64,000 nucleotides of DNA, taken from contig BAAIJX010000012.1 of assembly GCA_054600435.1 (NCBI GenBank), forward strand, positions 248,001-312,000, given 5' to 3'. Origin of the DNA: Neophaeotheca triangularis. Taxonomy: Eukaryota. The notes under the pieces are model-generated. The model saw only the letters and a program-made list of their open reading frames with translations. It searched no databases and was not told the DNA's origin. How positions within the stretch are numbered: position 1 is the first letter of the stretch; every line of letters starts with the position of its first letter. This document shows, piece by piece, positions 1-12,408 of this stretch. Made by a program: the position numbers and the translations under genes.

Positions 1-676
1 CCCAGTTGGAAGGAATGATGCCTGAGAGCTGCATCACTTAAGGTGTCCAAAGAGGTCGCTTGATGGCCACGATTGGCTGCATCATCGGCCAGAAGTCCAA
101 ACCAGCGCAATGGCGCAACGTCGAGCCTATAGTTCGACGACTGCGGACTAGTATCGTGCCGACTGAGGTCGTCAGGAGAATGGGGCCACTGATGGAAAGT
201 AGATCCCGGGCCAAAGTACTGTGAATGGAGAGAGTCTTCTGTAGGGGGCCTCGCGGGCTCTGGTAGAGTTCCATCCATGGGTCCCATAGACGCGTTGGCA
301 TTAGGAGACTCGTCTGGTTCTATGGTCACGGGGGGGTCGTTCTTTCCCGGCTCCTCGCGTGCTGACAGAGGTGGCGTACTCGTCGCATACTCGCAATCTC
401 GCCGTGACTTCGTGCATGGCCCACACACTGGTCTCGTCTCATCGCATTTGACGCGACGCTTTCTGCACGTTACACTGGAAAAGTGTTAATGATTTGTCAA
501 GGCTAGCGGGTTCTAAAGTCATACTACGTCTTGTGGATGAAGTCCTGTCGTCGAGCAGGGGAGACTTACCAGCCCGTAGTGGTGCGCAATCCGCGACCGC
601 GCTTTCTCCTCGGCTTTCGCGAGCCCGAAGATGGATCGCTCTGTGGTGGTAAATGTACAGTCTTGCTGGCCTGCAT
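1..676 (-). CDS. Zn(II)2Cys6 fungal transcription factor, 5' part (continues beyond window start)
   Basis: ATG at 676. Exon 1 reads MQASK...RKRGRGLRTTTG. Intron 475-569 (GTAAGT...CTTGAC...CAG) splits the first Cys codon. Exon 2 gives C-VT-C-RKRRVK-C-DETRPV-C-GP-C-TKSRRD-C, the binuclear cluster pattern. The frame stays open to position 1. Confidence 0.9.
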
Positions 677-1169
677 CGCGAGTTGGAGAGCCTCGAGACG
701 AGACGGGCGAGCATTTTGGTGCCGAGCACTGCTTCCACCCGCACTTGAATCAGACTCCCCCGCAGCGGTATCCCCAGATATGTAAAGTACGTGCACGTGT
801 TTAAAAGCTTCCAAGTTCCGACAGTCCAGGACCGACACTCCCCGAATGTCGGACTGTACCAGTCCGACAAGTTACAACCATGGCCGCCGTTTGAAAGGCA
901 TACATACGTATGACTCACATCCATCAATGATGTGAGGGGCAGCTATTCACAAAAGTATCCCGTGGCAGTGACAGCTGAGAGCAATGGGTCTACCAGCCTA
1001 CCAAGGGTCATTGACAAGTCACTTGTATTGATGAGCTTGATACGCCCCAGCCAGGAAGAAGTCATGTCCTAGAACAAGAGTTGCTAGATTGAATGGAATA
1101 TCTATCGGATATCTATGGTCTCGTAATCATATCACGTTTTCGCGCCAAACACCATGCTCTTTACCCAAT

Positions 1170-2083
1170 TCACCAAGCACCAACAATGCCGGCTACGGGG
1201 ATATCGATACCAGTAGTGTAGCTCGCTACGTCCGACAGCAGGTACACGTAAGCACCGCCCAGCTCTTGTGGAAGTGCTAATCTGTCCATGCCTCCATAGT
1301 ACTATCCGACTGTCAGCATTCTCTACATTTGAATCGAGTAGGATTCGTACTGACCTTCATCTTGAGGTCCCAGTCAGGGGCGCTGCGCTGCTTCTCCGTC
1401 AAAGCAGTGAGAACATATCCAGGGCTCACGCAGTTGACACGAATGCCGTGCTTCGCCCATTCCATCGCCAGAGTGTGTGTCATGTTGCGGACGGCAGCTT
1501 TGGTGCCACCGTAGGGTGCTGAAGGCGCGGAGCGGTTCGGTCGGTAGGAGGTCATGGAGCTGGTGAAGACGATGCCGCCCTTGATGCCGAGCTCAATGAA
1601 CTTGCGTGCAGCGGCCTGAGCGCAGGAGTATGCGCCGAAGACGTTCAAGTCGAACAGCTTTTGCACTTGTTCGCGAGAGAAGTCGAGAGCGGGCTGGTGC
1701 TTGGTCATGCCCGCGTTGCAGATCATGCTGTGGATGGCGCCTTCAGCGGAGACAATGGCGTCAATGGCCTCGTTGACATTTTGCTCGCTGGTTACGTCCA
1801 TTTGTTGGTATTTCAGGCGACCCTCGTTCTTCTTTGCCAGGGCGGCGAAGTCTTCGCTCGGTGCGTTGAGGTCGAGGGAGTAGACGCATTTGGCGTTGTT
1901 GGCCAGGCAGACCTCTGCGAGGCCGAGACCGATGCCTTGGTTGGCACCGGTGATGGCCACGACCTTGCCGCTGAGAGTTATCTGCCAGTTCATGTTCGCT
2001 GGGGGTTCAGTGCTAAGGTAAGGCATCTCTGCACCGTTTGAGCCGTTCGTGGAACCGTTCGCGTGGCCGTTTGCTTGAACCAT
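1170..2083 (-). CDS. Short-chain dehydrogenase/reductase (sugar/polyol oxidoreductase-like)
   Basis: TGANQGIG Rossmann motif, NAG, catalytic YGGTK and IRVNCVSPG. Intron 1302-1354 (GTCAGT...GCTGAC...TAG) leads to a last exon [43 protein letters not shown]. Confidence 0.92.
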
Positions 2084-2879
2084 TTTGAGTGAGGTGAGAA
2101 GTGCGGGCGTTTGGGCGGAGATTCTTTGAAGTCTGACAAGGGTTATACCGGTTGTCGATAGCTGAATATTGGGGGAGAGACAATCACTCTCGAAGAAAGT
2201 GCGAGCCTGCCTCTATTAAGTACTTTGCCCTGGTGGCCAAACGGCCAGACGACGTGGGGGCCATGCGAACGAAAACTCGTCTCGAAACTGGTCGTGTCCA
2301 CAAGGTCCTCCATCTTCAATGGACGAAGCGAACGAGGAAGCATTTCGTCGGTCATCTTCCACTTGAAGAGCTCAAGGCGGGTGTCGAGTGCTCGTCTCGT
2401 GGCTTTTCGCTTACTGTTCGACGATGCAGCGTTCATGGACGAATCAGAAGACGAAGCGAATGCCTCGAGTCGAGCCCTTACTGGATGCCTCGTGATATTC
2501 CCACGGCCGAAACATAGCCGACCCGTAATGCCTGTCTAATCGCCACGGGTGCAGGCAGATGATGCTGCGGCCACTTCATGTTGTCCCCAGTCGAGCGTTT
2601 TGTGCACTTTCTCTCACTTGGAGAAAGACCCGGTAATAGCTGGAGGGAGAAAACTTTACCAGCGGAGCCCCAAAAAAAAGTGGACCCTCTAGTTATCGGT
2701 AACATATGGGCCGTGGCCTACTTGTGTTCTGTCCTGTCCGGCCACACAGGACTCATGCGTGCTACATAAAAGGACCCATCTGCTCATAGTAGGAGCTCTC
2801 CTTTCCAACCGGTCTCTGTAGAGATAATTGATACACCTTACACTTCACAAGGCCTTCGCTACCATCAACCTCATCCACC

Positions 2880-4571
2880 ATGGCCTCCTCAGCAAACCCC
2901 CCTGACTACAGGGCTGGTCAATCAACGGCCACCAGCCAAAAAGACGGCGAATCCAGCAGCGTATTGAACATGGCGCCCCATGGCGACACGGAGAAGATGG
3001 GGACCGAGATGATTGAGGAGACAGAACACCAGCCAGCGCAGACTTCAGATGCAGAGAAGAAGCTTGTACGAAAGATCGATCTTTTCCTGATGCCGACGAT
3101 CTGGATCATGTATCTTCTGTCGTACATGGATGTGAGTGTCGCCAACTTGATGGAATGTTCGAGAGATGGTAGACTGACCGGTAATCCAGCGCACGAACAT
3201 CGGCAACGCCAGGTAACTTATGTCCAACGGATAGAGACCCGAGAATGTGAAACTGACCCAGAACAACAGGATTGCCGGTATGACAGACGACCTGAACATG
3301 GGTTCCTCGCAATACAGTGTCGCTCTCATCGTTTTCTTCGTCAGCTACGTCATCTTCGAAGTTCCCAGCAACATGATTCTGTCCAAGACGAAGCCTTCAA
3401 TTTTCTTGCCGGTCATTATGGGTCTCTGGGGGTAAGCCTGCGATTTCAAAAAAGTCTCTTAGCGGCTGCTGACATTCCCAAGGATCGTGACCTGCTGTAT
3501 GGCGGTGGTCAAGACGTACGGTCAGCTCGTTGCTCTCCGATTCGTCATTGGTATCTTCGAAGCTGGTTTCGCACCCGGAATCCTCCTCATCATCTCCTCC
3601 TGGTACAAGAAGAACGAGCAGTCAAAACGTTTCGGTATCTACATCAGTGCTGCCGTCTTGTCAGGGGCCTTCGGAGGCATAATTGCTGGAGCCATCACTA
3701 GTAATCTTGAAGGTGTTCATGGCTTTCGCGGCTGGGAGGTAAGAAATACTACCTAATCAGTGTCAGCTGCTTGTTCCTTGGCTGATATTCGCAGTGGCTT
3801 TTCCTCATCCTCGGTGTTGCGACCGTCGGGTTTTCAATCCTGGCCCGTTTCTTGCTATTGGACTTCCCACACAACACGAGCCGCTTAACACCCGAGGAGC
3901 GTGAGCTCGCCATTTCTCGCCTGGAGGCTGATAATGTCAGCAGTGAAGAGGAGGACATACCCATGACGAGTTTTCAGGCATTGATTCGAGCCCTCAGCAA
4001 CTGGAGAGTCTGGATACACATTGCTGGGTACATGGTGATCGTCGGAAGCAGCACTTTGTCCTACTTCTACCCCACGTTAGTCCAAGGTTTGGGGTACTCC
4101 TCGGTCAACGCGCAGTACATGCTAGTCCCCATCTACGGCGTGGCATTTATCTTCGTCGGAATCACCGCCGTCGTTGCCGACAGATTCCCGAAGCAGCGTG
4201 GGCTTATCATCGCCGGATGGCTGTTCGAAGCCATGGTCTGCGCCATCGCCATCTGCACCGAGTATGGCTATACTGCTCGGTACGTCTTGCTTGTATTCAC
4301 AGCTACCGGTCTGTGGGCTGCGAACGGTCTAGGACTATCTTATGCCAGTTCGACTTTTGGCGTTTTTCCAAGACAACAGAGGGGTATTGCTCTTGCTTTG
4401 GTCAATGCCCTCGGTAACTTGGCCCAGATCTACGGCGCCTACTTGTTCCCGAATGAGGACGCTCCCAAGTACATCATGGGCTTCTCCGTCATCGTCGCGA
4501 TGTGCGCGTTCGGTGTTGCTGTCTACATCGTGGCGCATGTCACGCTGAGGAAGTACATCGCTACGAAGTGA
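2880..4571 (+). CDS. MFS transporter, anion:cation symporter (Dal5/Tna1-like) family
   Basis: Motifs EKKLVRKIDLFLMP, YMD|RTNIGNAR, FEVPSN, EAGFAPG and SSWYKKNE. Four canonical introns at 3132-3189, 3213-3269, 3432-3482 and 3739-3794, including a 23-nt exon. Multiple TM segments. Confidence 0.92.
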
Positions 4572-5181
4572 GGCGGTACCGCAGGAAACCGCCGCCTCAC
4601 CGCGAGACCCAGATTAATAGATTAGCATAGAGCAGCCGTATCTCTCCGCCGTACAGGCGTAGTTGCAGTCCATATGCCCAGCCTATATGGTGTGCGTATA
4701 GCCCCTGGCTGTGCGCTTATTGATGGCCCGCTCCGATCGCTGCTCTTCTGACAATGTAACTATGTCTTTATACGGCAGCTGACGAGATGCTGCCAGGGAC
4801 AACCTCCCTCAACTCATATTATCCTTGCCAATTTCGGTGTCTTGGAGGCCTTTTAGGTGGTTCAATAGGCACATCGTCGGATAGGACGTTGAATAGCCGC
4901 AGAATTCGTGTCGTTCGTTTGCCCATTTCCATAAACGCGGTCTCTGAGACTCTCTCGAACGATAGGCACCTCGCAGCATAGGAGTTAGGTCCGTACCAAC
5001 ATAGTTTGGGCGGTGATGTCTCGCTTGGCTGTGACCTGTCGGCATGCAGCGCAACGGGCCGAACTTTTTCCAGCTTCCCGAATCGAGCGCTTTCCCGTCC
5101 GAACTTTTTGTGAAAGTGCCTCGAGAGCAGCGGGCTACAACCTTGAGTACGTCAGGTATACATACTCTACCTCATTACAAG

Positions 5182-7836
5182 ATGGGTGAAAAGCGCAAAG
5201 CACCCAAGTCGCGCGACTTTAAGCAAGACAGACCGGACAAGAAACCCAGAAAAGAAAGGACTCATGGGGAAAAGCAGCAGCTTCTGTTCGCACCCAAACC
5301 CGATTGGCATGCCGCCGACCTACCACCAATACCGGGGCATGAGGTGAAGAACCTGCCTTCTCACTATACGTTGGAGGAATTTCACAAGTACGCCGACTCC
5401 CTGCTGGAAGCGGACAATACTGCCTACAATGCCTCTCACCTATCTGGCTCTTCTTCGCACAAGTTCTTGTCGACTATCATGTCCTCGGGAACGCTGGAGG
5501 ACAAGGTCTCAGCCTTGACCTTGCTTGTTCAGGAGTCGCCGCTGCATACGAAGAAGGCTTTTGAGCAACTGCTGGGCTTGTCGAAGAAGAAGAGTAGGAA
5601 CCAGGCACTGATGGCTGTGGCTGCATTGAAGGATTTGTTGGGTCAGGGTGTCGTGCTGCCGGCTGATCGTAAGCTACGAGCTTTTGGAAAGCAGCCGGGG
5701 CTGTTGAGTGCGCTGCAAGGGAAGTCAGGGAGATGGAGGAGAGGCGAAGACCTGCCAGGCGGCATCCAGAAGGTTCACCTGATTACCTGGGCTTACGAAG
5801 ACTGGCTGAAGCGCATGTATTTCGAGCTACTCCAGATCTTGGAGAGCTGGTGCAGCGATGAAGTTGAGTACTCGAGAGGGCGAGCTCTGACCTACGTTTT
5901 CGAGTTGCTCAAGGACAAACCCGAGCAGGAGGAGAACTTACTGCGCTTGATGGTAAACAAGCTCGGTGACACGGACAGGAAGATTGCCTCGAGGTCTTCG
6001 TACCTGCTCCTACAGCTTGAGAACATCCATCCGGCTATGAAAACTGTTGTCACCAATAGCATCGAATCTGACTGCCTGTATCGACCCGGACAAAGCTTGC
6101 ACGCGAAATACTACGCTGCGATCACCTTGAACCAGACGGTGTTGAGCCAGAAGGAGCAAGAGACGGCAAATAAGCTACTAAACATCTACTTCAGCCTTTT
6201 CTTGCAACTGCTCAAGCCCAATACTCCTGGTGCTCCCAGCGCCCCCCAGCCGGCGAAGAAGGCTCCTCATGGTGGTCCGCAGGGTGGAGGTGGCAAAGCA
6301 GGCAAAATGGCCGCGAAGAAGCAGGCATTGTTGGAAGCTAAGGGTCAAGAATCTGAAGAGCAGCTCCGGGAAAAGATGATTGCGCAAGTCCTTACGGGTG
6401 TCAACCGAGCCTTCCCGTTCGCAGACACGAACGACCCTACATTTGAAAAGCAGATGGATACGGTCTTCCGAGTGGCGCATTCAGCCAACTTCAACACTTC
6501 GATACAAGCGCTATTGCTAATCCAGCAGATCTCTACGGCAAAGCACTACAACGCTGAGCGCTTCTACCGCACTCTTTACGAATCTCTACTCGACCCGAGA
6601 CTCTTCTCCAGCAGCAAGCAGATCATGTATCTCAACCTGCTCTACAAAAGCTTGAAAGCTGATCTGAACGCAAAGAGAGTGCAAGCATTTGTCAAGCGTC
6701 TGCTGCAGATCATTGGCATGCATGAACCTCCGTTTGTATGCGGTGTGCTCTACCTAATCAGCGAGCTCGAGAGTGCCTTCCCAAGTATTCGAAACATGAT
6801 CAACGAAGCTGAAGTCGCGGACGAAGACGAGGAAGAACACTTTGTCGATGTTCCTGAAGATGGTGCTGAAGCGCCGCAACCTCAAGTCACGGAACCATTC
6901 AAGAGCACCGTTTACGACCCGAAGAAGCGCGACCCCGAGCACGCTCACGCAGAGCGCAGTTGTCTCTGGGACCTCCTTCCTTTCCTCAAGCACTTCCATC
7001 CCTCTGTCTCCCTCTTCGCGGAGACGCTACTCTCGCACAAACCTATGCCACCTAAGCCGGATCCAACCCAGCACACCCTCATGCACTTCCTCGACCGCTT
7101 CATCTACCGCACCGCCCGCTCCAAGCCACCCGCCGTTCACGGCACATCCATCATGCAACCATTGGCCAATGCAAGTGGCACGGACTTGCTCGTCAAGCCT
7201 GGACACGGTGGTGCGAGCAGCGGCGTGCCTATGAATTCCGAGTCTTTCTGGCAGAAGAAAGTGCAAGACATTGCGGCGGATGAGGTGTTCTTCCACAGCT
7301 ACTTCAACCAGGCTGGAAACAAGAAGAGGAAGCAGGCAGAGAAGAAGCAGCCCACCAAAGATGATGAGGAGGAAGGCACTGATGATGAGGGTGAGGAGGA
7401 GATTTGGCAGGCTATTGCCAAGTCCAAGCCCGAAGTTGAGGGTGGAGATGACTCTGACGATGACCTCAGCATGGGCGACCTGGAGTCTTACTCTGGTAGC
7501 GATGATGGGTCAGAAGGTGGTATTGATCTTGGTGGCGCAGAGGGTGACGAGGGAATGGGCGATGAGGAGCAAGGGCTTATGCTTGATGGAGAGGAGGATG
7601 AGGATGATATGGAAGGCATGCCGGAGCTGGAGAGCGGCGATGAGGACGACATGTATGGTGACGACGACGAGGTACCAGAGGACATGCAGGACGAGGAGGA
7701 GGACAAGAAGGACGAGAAGGAGTTGTCGGAGAACCAGAAGAAGCGCCGGGAGAAGAAGAAGTTGAAGCAGCTTCCAATGTTTGCAAGCGCAGACGATTAC
7801 GCGAAACTGTTGGGTGAGGAGCCTGATGATATGTAG
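5182..7836 (+). CDS. MAK21: Ribosome biogenesis protein Mak21/Noc1 (CBF/CEBPZ family)
   Basis: SGTLEDKVSALTLLVQESPLH, RFYRTLYESLLDPRL, YDPKKRDP, an acidic tail and C-terminal LPMFASADDYAKLL. Likely start is MGEKRK at 5182; an in-frame upstream ATG exists at 5044. Confidence 0.93.
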   Translation: MGEKRKAPKSRDFKQDRPDKKPRKERTHGEKQQLLFAPKPDWHAADLPPIPGHEVKNLPSHYTLEEFHKYADSLLEADNTAYNASHLSGSSSHKFLSTIMSSGTLEDKVSALTLLVQESPLHTKKAFEQLLGLSKKKSRNQALMAVAALKDLLGQGVVLPADRKLRAFGKQPGLLSALQGKSGRWRRGEDLPGGIQKVHLITWAYEDWLKRMYFELLQILESWCSDEVEYSRGRALTYVFELLKDKPEQEENLLRLMVNKLGDTDRKIASRSSYLLLQLENIHPAMKTVVTNSIESDCLYRPGQSLHAKYYAAITLNQTVLSQKEQETANKLLNIYFSLFLQLLKPNTPGAPSAPQPAKKAPHGGPQGGGGKAGKMAAKKQALLEAKGQESEEQLREKMIAQVLTGVNRAFPFADTNDPTFEKQMDTVFRVAHSANFNTSIQALLLIQQISTAKHYNAERFYRTLYESLLDPRLFSSSKQIMYLNLLYKSLKADLNAKRVQAFVKRLLQIIGMHEPPFVCGVLYLISELESAFPSIRNMINEAEVADEDEEEHFVDVPEDGAEAPQPQVTEPFKSTVYDPKKRDPEHAHAERSCLWDLLPFLKHFHPSVSLFAETLLSHKPMPPKPDPTQHTLMHFLDRFIYRTARSKPPAVHGTSIMQPLANASGTDLLVKPGHGGASSGVPMNSESFWQKKVQDIAADEVFFHSYFNQAGNKKRKQAEKKQPTKDDEEEGTDDEGEEEIWQAIAKSKPEVEGGDDSDDDLSMGDLESYSGSDDGSEGGIDLGGAEGDEGMGDEEQGLMLDGEEDEDDMEGMPELESGDEDDMYGDDDEVPEDMQDEEEDKKDEKELSENQKKRREKKKLKQLPMFASADDYAKLLGEEPDDM

Positions 7837-8664
7837 ATCTGGGAGGTTGTAGTATATTATTCACCAGAATGCGAAGCGTTTCTGTTGAAAGGATTTACAT
7901 CGAAAGCATGTTCCGGTGTCTCCCGTCTTTGAGGGTTGATCTGCGTCGACTGTCCCACTGGGGAAGTTCCTGCCGCACTGGAAAGTCAAGGGAGTAACCT
8001 TGGACTGCCGCACAACCGCCCGCCGCTAGTATTTATCGGTTCGTCCAAGGTACCACCATATGGATACATCGATAATCGCCATTTTATGTCTTGGACCGAG
8101 AGATCGTACTTTGATGCGAAAGACATGCAGCTACTCGATCAACATACTCAGCGTCTCTCCTGAAACTCGATCAAATGCCGTCGACACAAGCCGAGGATGA
8201 CTAAGAGCGAAGCTTTCTTCAAGATCACCTCGGGCTATGGAGGGTCCGACCGATCGGAGATCCTCCACCTTTCAACGATGACCGAGCAACAACACCGATG
8301 GAAGTGTGATGCGTCTCAAGCCGAATATCCGTCACACGAGGCGTTTGCGCCCTTTTCTTTACTAAGGCGCATCTTACTCTGATATTAACATCCGTCACAA
8401 CGAGGTAGGCTTGCATTCCTTTTCTCTTGTTTTATCTTGTCTTGTTTTGTTTTGCATTCTCCTCACCCTGCCGCCTAGTCTTCCTTGAGGCGTACAGCCT
8501 TGGAAGCCTACTCCAATACTTAGTGAGCACCGCGTCACGACTTTGACGATACTGCGGGCTGTCAGGCCGAGATCGCCGGCGTTTCCTAGAAGGCACGTCT
8601 AGGGATAATCTTGAAATAAGAACTCCCTTTAAGCGAAACCTCTCGAGGTCCCAGCTGGCCGAAG

Positions 8665-10418
8665 ATGGAAAGCATCGAGCGAATACTCTCGCGCCCGGTA
8701 GCGAAACCCTACCGCTCTAAAGCGGTCAAAGACTCCGCCGAGCCATATCTAAACCAAGACGGTTTACTCGACTTCGCCCCCAACGACATCGAAAACCCCA
8801 AAAATTGGTCGTCGGCAAGAAGATGGTATATCACCGTTGTGTCCGTCTTCCTAGTCGTAAACGCCACCGTGGCTTCCTCTAGCCCTTCCGGATGTCTTGG
8901 AAGCATTGGACAAGAACTCAATGTAGGGCAAGAAGCGGCTGGACTTGTTATAACACTCTTTCTGCTCGGCTATTGCGCCGGACCGCTGATATGGGCGCCT
9001 CTTTCGGAGTTCTATGGACGCCGCTACATTTTCTATGGCACGTTTTTGTGTTATTTTGCTTTCAACTTTCTATGCGCCTTTACGCCAAATTTCGGGGGCT
9101 TATTAGTCGGTCGCTTCCTCACTGGCACCTTCGCAAGCGCTGCTCTGTCTAATGCTCCCGGTGTCCTGGCGGATATCTGGGGGCCCATTGAGCGTGGCAA
9201 TGCCATGGCTGTCTTTAGTCAGATGACATTCATTGGCCCTGCTCTCGGTCCAGGTAGGTGATGGTTCTTAGCTACTTGAGCCGTGCATACATTTGCTAAC
9301 TCTCTTTCGCAGTCATTTCTGGTTTCCTAGAATTGAAGAAGGATTGGCGCTGGAACTTCTATGTGCTTCTCTGGCTCGCAGCCTTCACCCTGGTTCTTAT
9401 GCTCACGATCCCGGAAACCCTCCCCTCTATGGTTCTCCTCAACAAAGCCCGACGCATCCGACGCGCTAAGGTCCCCGGCTACGAGAATGTCAAAGCTCCC
9501 GTCGAAGTCACCGACCGCAGTCTCGTGGGCATCTTCAAAGTCGCGCTCACACGCCCTTGGGTCATCCTCTTCGACACCATTTCTTTCCTCGTGGCCATCT
9601 ATCTGTCTTTCGTTTACCTACTCCTCTACATGCTCTTCTCCATCTACCCTTACGTCTTCCAGACTAAACGTGGCTGGAACGCAGGCGTTGGCCAATTACC
9701 CCTAATCGGCACCATTATCGGCGCGGTGCTCGGCGGCGCTTTCGTCTTCTACGTCTCCTACCAGGACAAGAAGAAAATGCTCGCCGGCCACAAGGGCAAG
9801 CCCGAAGACCGCCTCTACGTCGCCATGATTGGTGGCATCCTCTTCCCCATTTCAATGTTCTGGTTCGCCTGGTCGGGCCAATACAACAGCGTTCACTGGA
9901 TCGTACCCTGCATTGCGGGAGTCTTCCTCGCTGCTTCCATCCTTCTCGTCTTCGTCGCCTACCTAAACTACCTCACCGACAGCTATCTCATGTATGCTTC
10001 GTCGGCAATCGCAGCCAACACCATCGCGCGCTCCGCTTGCGGTGCAGCTGCCCCACTATTCACGACTTACATGTTCGACTCGCTAGGCGTGGGTGGCGGT
10101 GGCTCGCTGATCGGCGGCGTCGCATGCTTGCTCGCACCCATACCCTTCCTCTTCTACAAGTACGGCGAGGGTATCCGGAAGAGGTCAAAGTTTGCTCCCA
10201 CGCCGGACAAGGACGAGGAGGAGAAGGGCGAGCAGCCTACGTCGCAGGGTAGCACTTCTAGTACCGAGGCTGAGGAGGAGAAGGAGTTGGATGAGGAGAT
10301 GGGGGTTCCGGATCAGCAGGAGTTGCAGCGACAGGTGCAGGAAGAGCGGAGGCGGAGTCAGCCGGGAGGGGGGAAGGATAGGTTCTTGGATGCTGGGGGA
10401 ATGGAGAGGGCGGAGTAG
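8665..10418 (+). CDS. MFS drug:H+ antiporter (DHA1, Tpo1-like)
   Basis: DIENPKNWS, GPLIWAPLSEFYGRR, WRW, IPET and PEDRL motifs. Intron 9254-9312 (GTAGGT...GCTAAC...CAG) joins the two ORFs in frame. Confidence 0.92.
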
Positions 10419-10899
10419 AGTGTGTTGTTCAAGGTTTGCTGCGTTATTCGTAGATGTTCAGGATGCTAGACCAGCCAAATGTTATTCAACCATGCAGCAA
10501 CTGTTCACCCGTGCTTGCAGTTGGTTTTGCCAGATCCACAATTAGTCTACGTTATCCCAATGATGAGACACTACTTGCCTGAGCGACATGCTGCTCTTTG
10601 ATGTCAATATTTGAGCAACAACGATTCAATAGCACCTCAACTTCTAGTGCCTTGGAACTACACAAAGATCTTCTTTAGCCTGCAGGTGTGGTCGTCGTGG
10701 CGGTGACTTGGCTGCGAGTTTGGGCAAGCGCGACTGCGTTATCTTATCTTATCTCATCAGAGCTTCCATCACGAGCTTGAGCCAAGCAGCTTACCCGTAC
10801 CTCCTACCTACCTAAACCTCGACGGTACCTTTCCTCACCGTCTGCCACTCTTCCGTCTTCAGAACCAACACTTAGAAGGGGCACCACAACTTTCCAGCC

Positions 10900-12408
10900 A
10901 TGGCAGCCCAACAAATGCAATTCGCCGAAACAATCCGAGCCATGAAGCTCGCTCTGCGGCGGCGTGCAGACGACCCCGACAGCGACTCCAGCATCCAAGC
11001 CAACACCAACCGCGGCAACAAGCTCAAACGCAAAGCTCAAGACGTGCGACAAGGCCGTCTGAACAACTCCGCGAACCTCGCGCACAAGAAGCGCGTAAAC
11101 CACGCCGGGTACACGCGCGGCACCATCTCCACGAACCCGCCGCTCGTCGACGACGATGGAGACGTGCTGTCGCCGCATGCTTCGGACGACGAGAGCGCGC
11201 CGGCGGGTGAGCCGGTTGCTGAAGACCCTTTTGCTGGTGTTCAGTTGGAGAGTTTGCTGGCGCCTTTGACTGCTGCGAGTGGGTTGGCGGATCATCCGAG
11301 TTTAAGTCTGGCGTACAAGAGTAACGCGCTTTCGCAGATGGCTGAGCAGGCTTTGGAGATGGTGAGGAAGGAGAGAGAGAGCCTGTGGCGGGCTAAGAGA
11401 ATGCTGACAAGGTTGAGAGGGGATGCCGATTGGATGCCTTGTGGACGGGTGGAGGCGGATGGGGACGAGCTGCTTTTGCAGAAGGAGGTTGGGGAGGAGG
11501 GGTTGAGTGCGGTGCCGAGTATTGTTGCTGGAGAGTCGGTGCCGGACGGTGAACAGAACGTCGGACAGGCTCAACAGAGTAATGGCAATGGCAACAGCGT
11601 GGGCGGTGAGGCTGGCGCAAGTGGTGAGCAACCTTCTACCGGGCCGGAGGATAAAATGGAAGGCGTGGAGACGGCGGACATGGCTCAGAATAAGAAAAAC
11701 GAGGAAGGGGAGACCGAAGAGGCAAACGAGCACGATGGCGCTACGAAAGACGCTCCTGGTACAGACAAACAGCAAGCCGAGAACGGCGTGGATAGGGTCG
11801 GGGTCCAAGAGCCCCTCCCACACCCTTCCGTAGCGGACGCCCGCAAATCAGCAGAACCCAACAGCGAGAACACATCTCAGTCCGGCGGCGGATCGGTTCC
11901 CTCACACCAAATGACCACGCGAGCTCGCGCGCGCTCCCCAGTCATGTCGAACTCGCCCTCACCCGCCCCCAGCGACGGCCTTTCCAGCATCCCACCCATC
12001 CACCCCTGGTTCCTTGCCCCCGCCTCCTCCCACCCCGACCGCGATCTCGGCCTCCCTCTCACCGAAGCCGAAGACACCCGCAAGCTGCTCCTCCTCTACT
12101 GCCAAAAACAAGAGCAAATCGTGCGAGAGTGCGAATCCCTGGCTTCCGGGTTGCTCAAAGCGGACAGATTGCGCCACGATGTGTGGAGGTGGTGTAAGGC
12201 CGAGGGCCACGTGGTGCCGGATGGCAAGGGCAATATGGTTACAGAGATGGCGGACGGGGAGGATTGGTATGATGTTGAGGAGTGGGGGTTGCTGCCGCAG
12301 GAGCTGCAGAATGGGGAGTTGGAGAAGGGAAAGGATGAGGTGGAGGAGGAAGCTGATGGTGGTGACGGTGGTAGGAGGGGTGGGAGGAGGAAGCGAATTC
12401 CGAAGTAG
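10900..12408 (+). CDS. RXT2: Rxt2-like subunit of the Rpd3L histone deacetylase complex
   Basis: N-terminal TNRGNKLKRKA and LESLLAPLTAASGLADHPSLS resemble RXT2_N. C-terminal EMADGEDWYDVEEWGL...LEKGKDEVEE. Intronless, 502 aa. Confidence 0.8.
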   Translation: MAAQQMQFAETIRAMKLALRRRADDPDSDSSIQANTNRGNKLKRKAQDVRQGRLNNSANLAHKKRVNHAGYTRGTISTNPPLVDDDGDVLSPHASDDESAPAGEPVAEDPFAGVQLESLLAPLTAASGLADHPSLSLAYKSNALSQMAEQALEMVRKERESLWRAKRMLTRLRGDADWMPCGRVEADGDELLLQKEVGEEGLSAVPSIVAGESVPDGEQNVGQAQQSNGNGNSVGGEAGASGEQPSTGPEDKMEGVETADMAQNKKNEEGETEEANEHDGATKDAPGTDKQQAENGVDRVGVQEPLPHPSVADARKSAEPNSENTSQSGGGSVPSHQMTTRARARSPVMSNSPSPAPSDGLSSIPPIHPWFLAPASSHPDRDLGLPLTEAEDTRKLLLLYCQKQEQIVRECESLASGLLKADRLRHDVWRWCKAEGHVVPDGKGNMVTEMADGEDWYDVEEWGLLPQELQNGELEKGKDEVEEEADGGDGGRRGGRRKRIPK

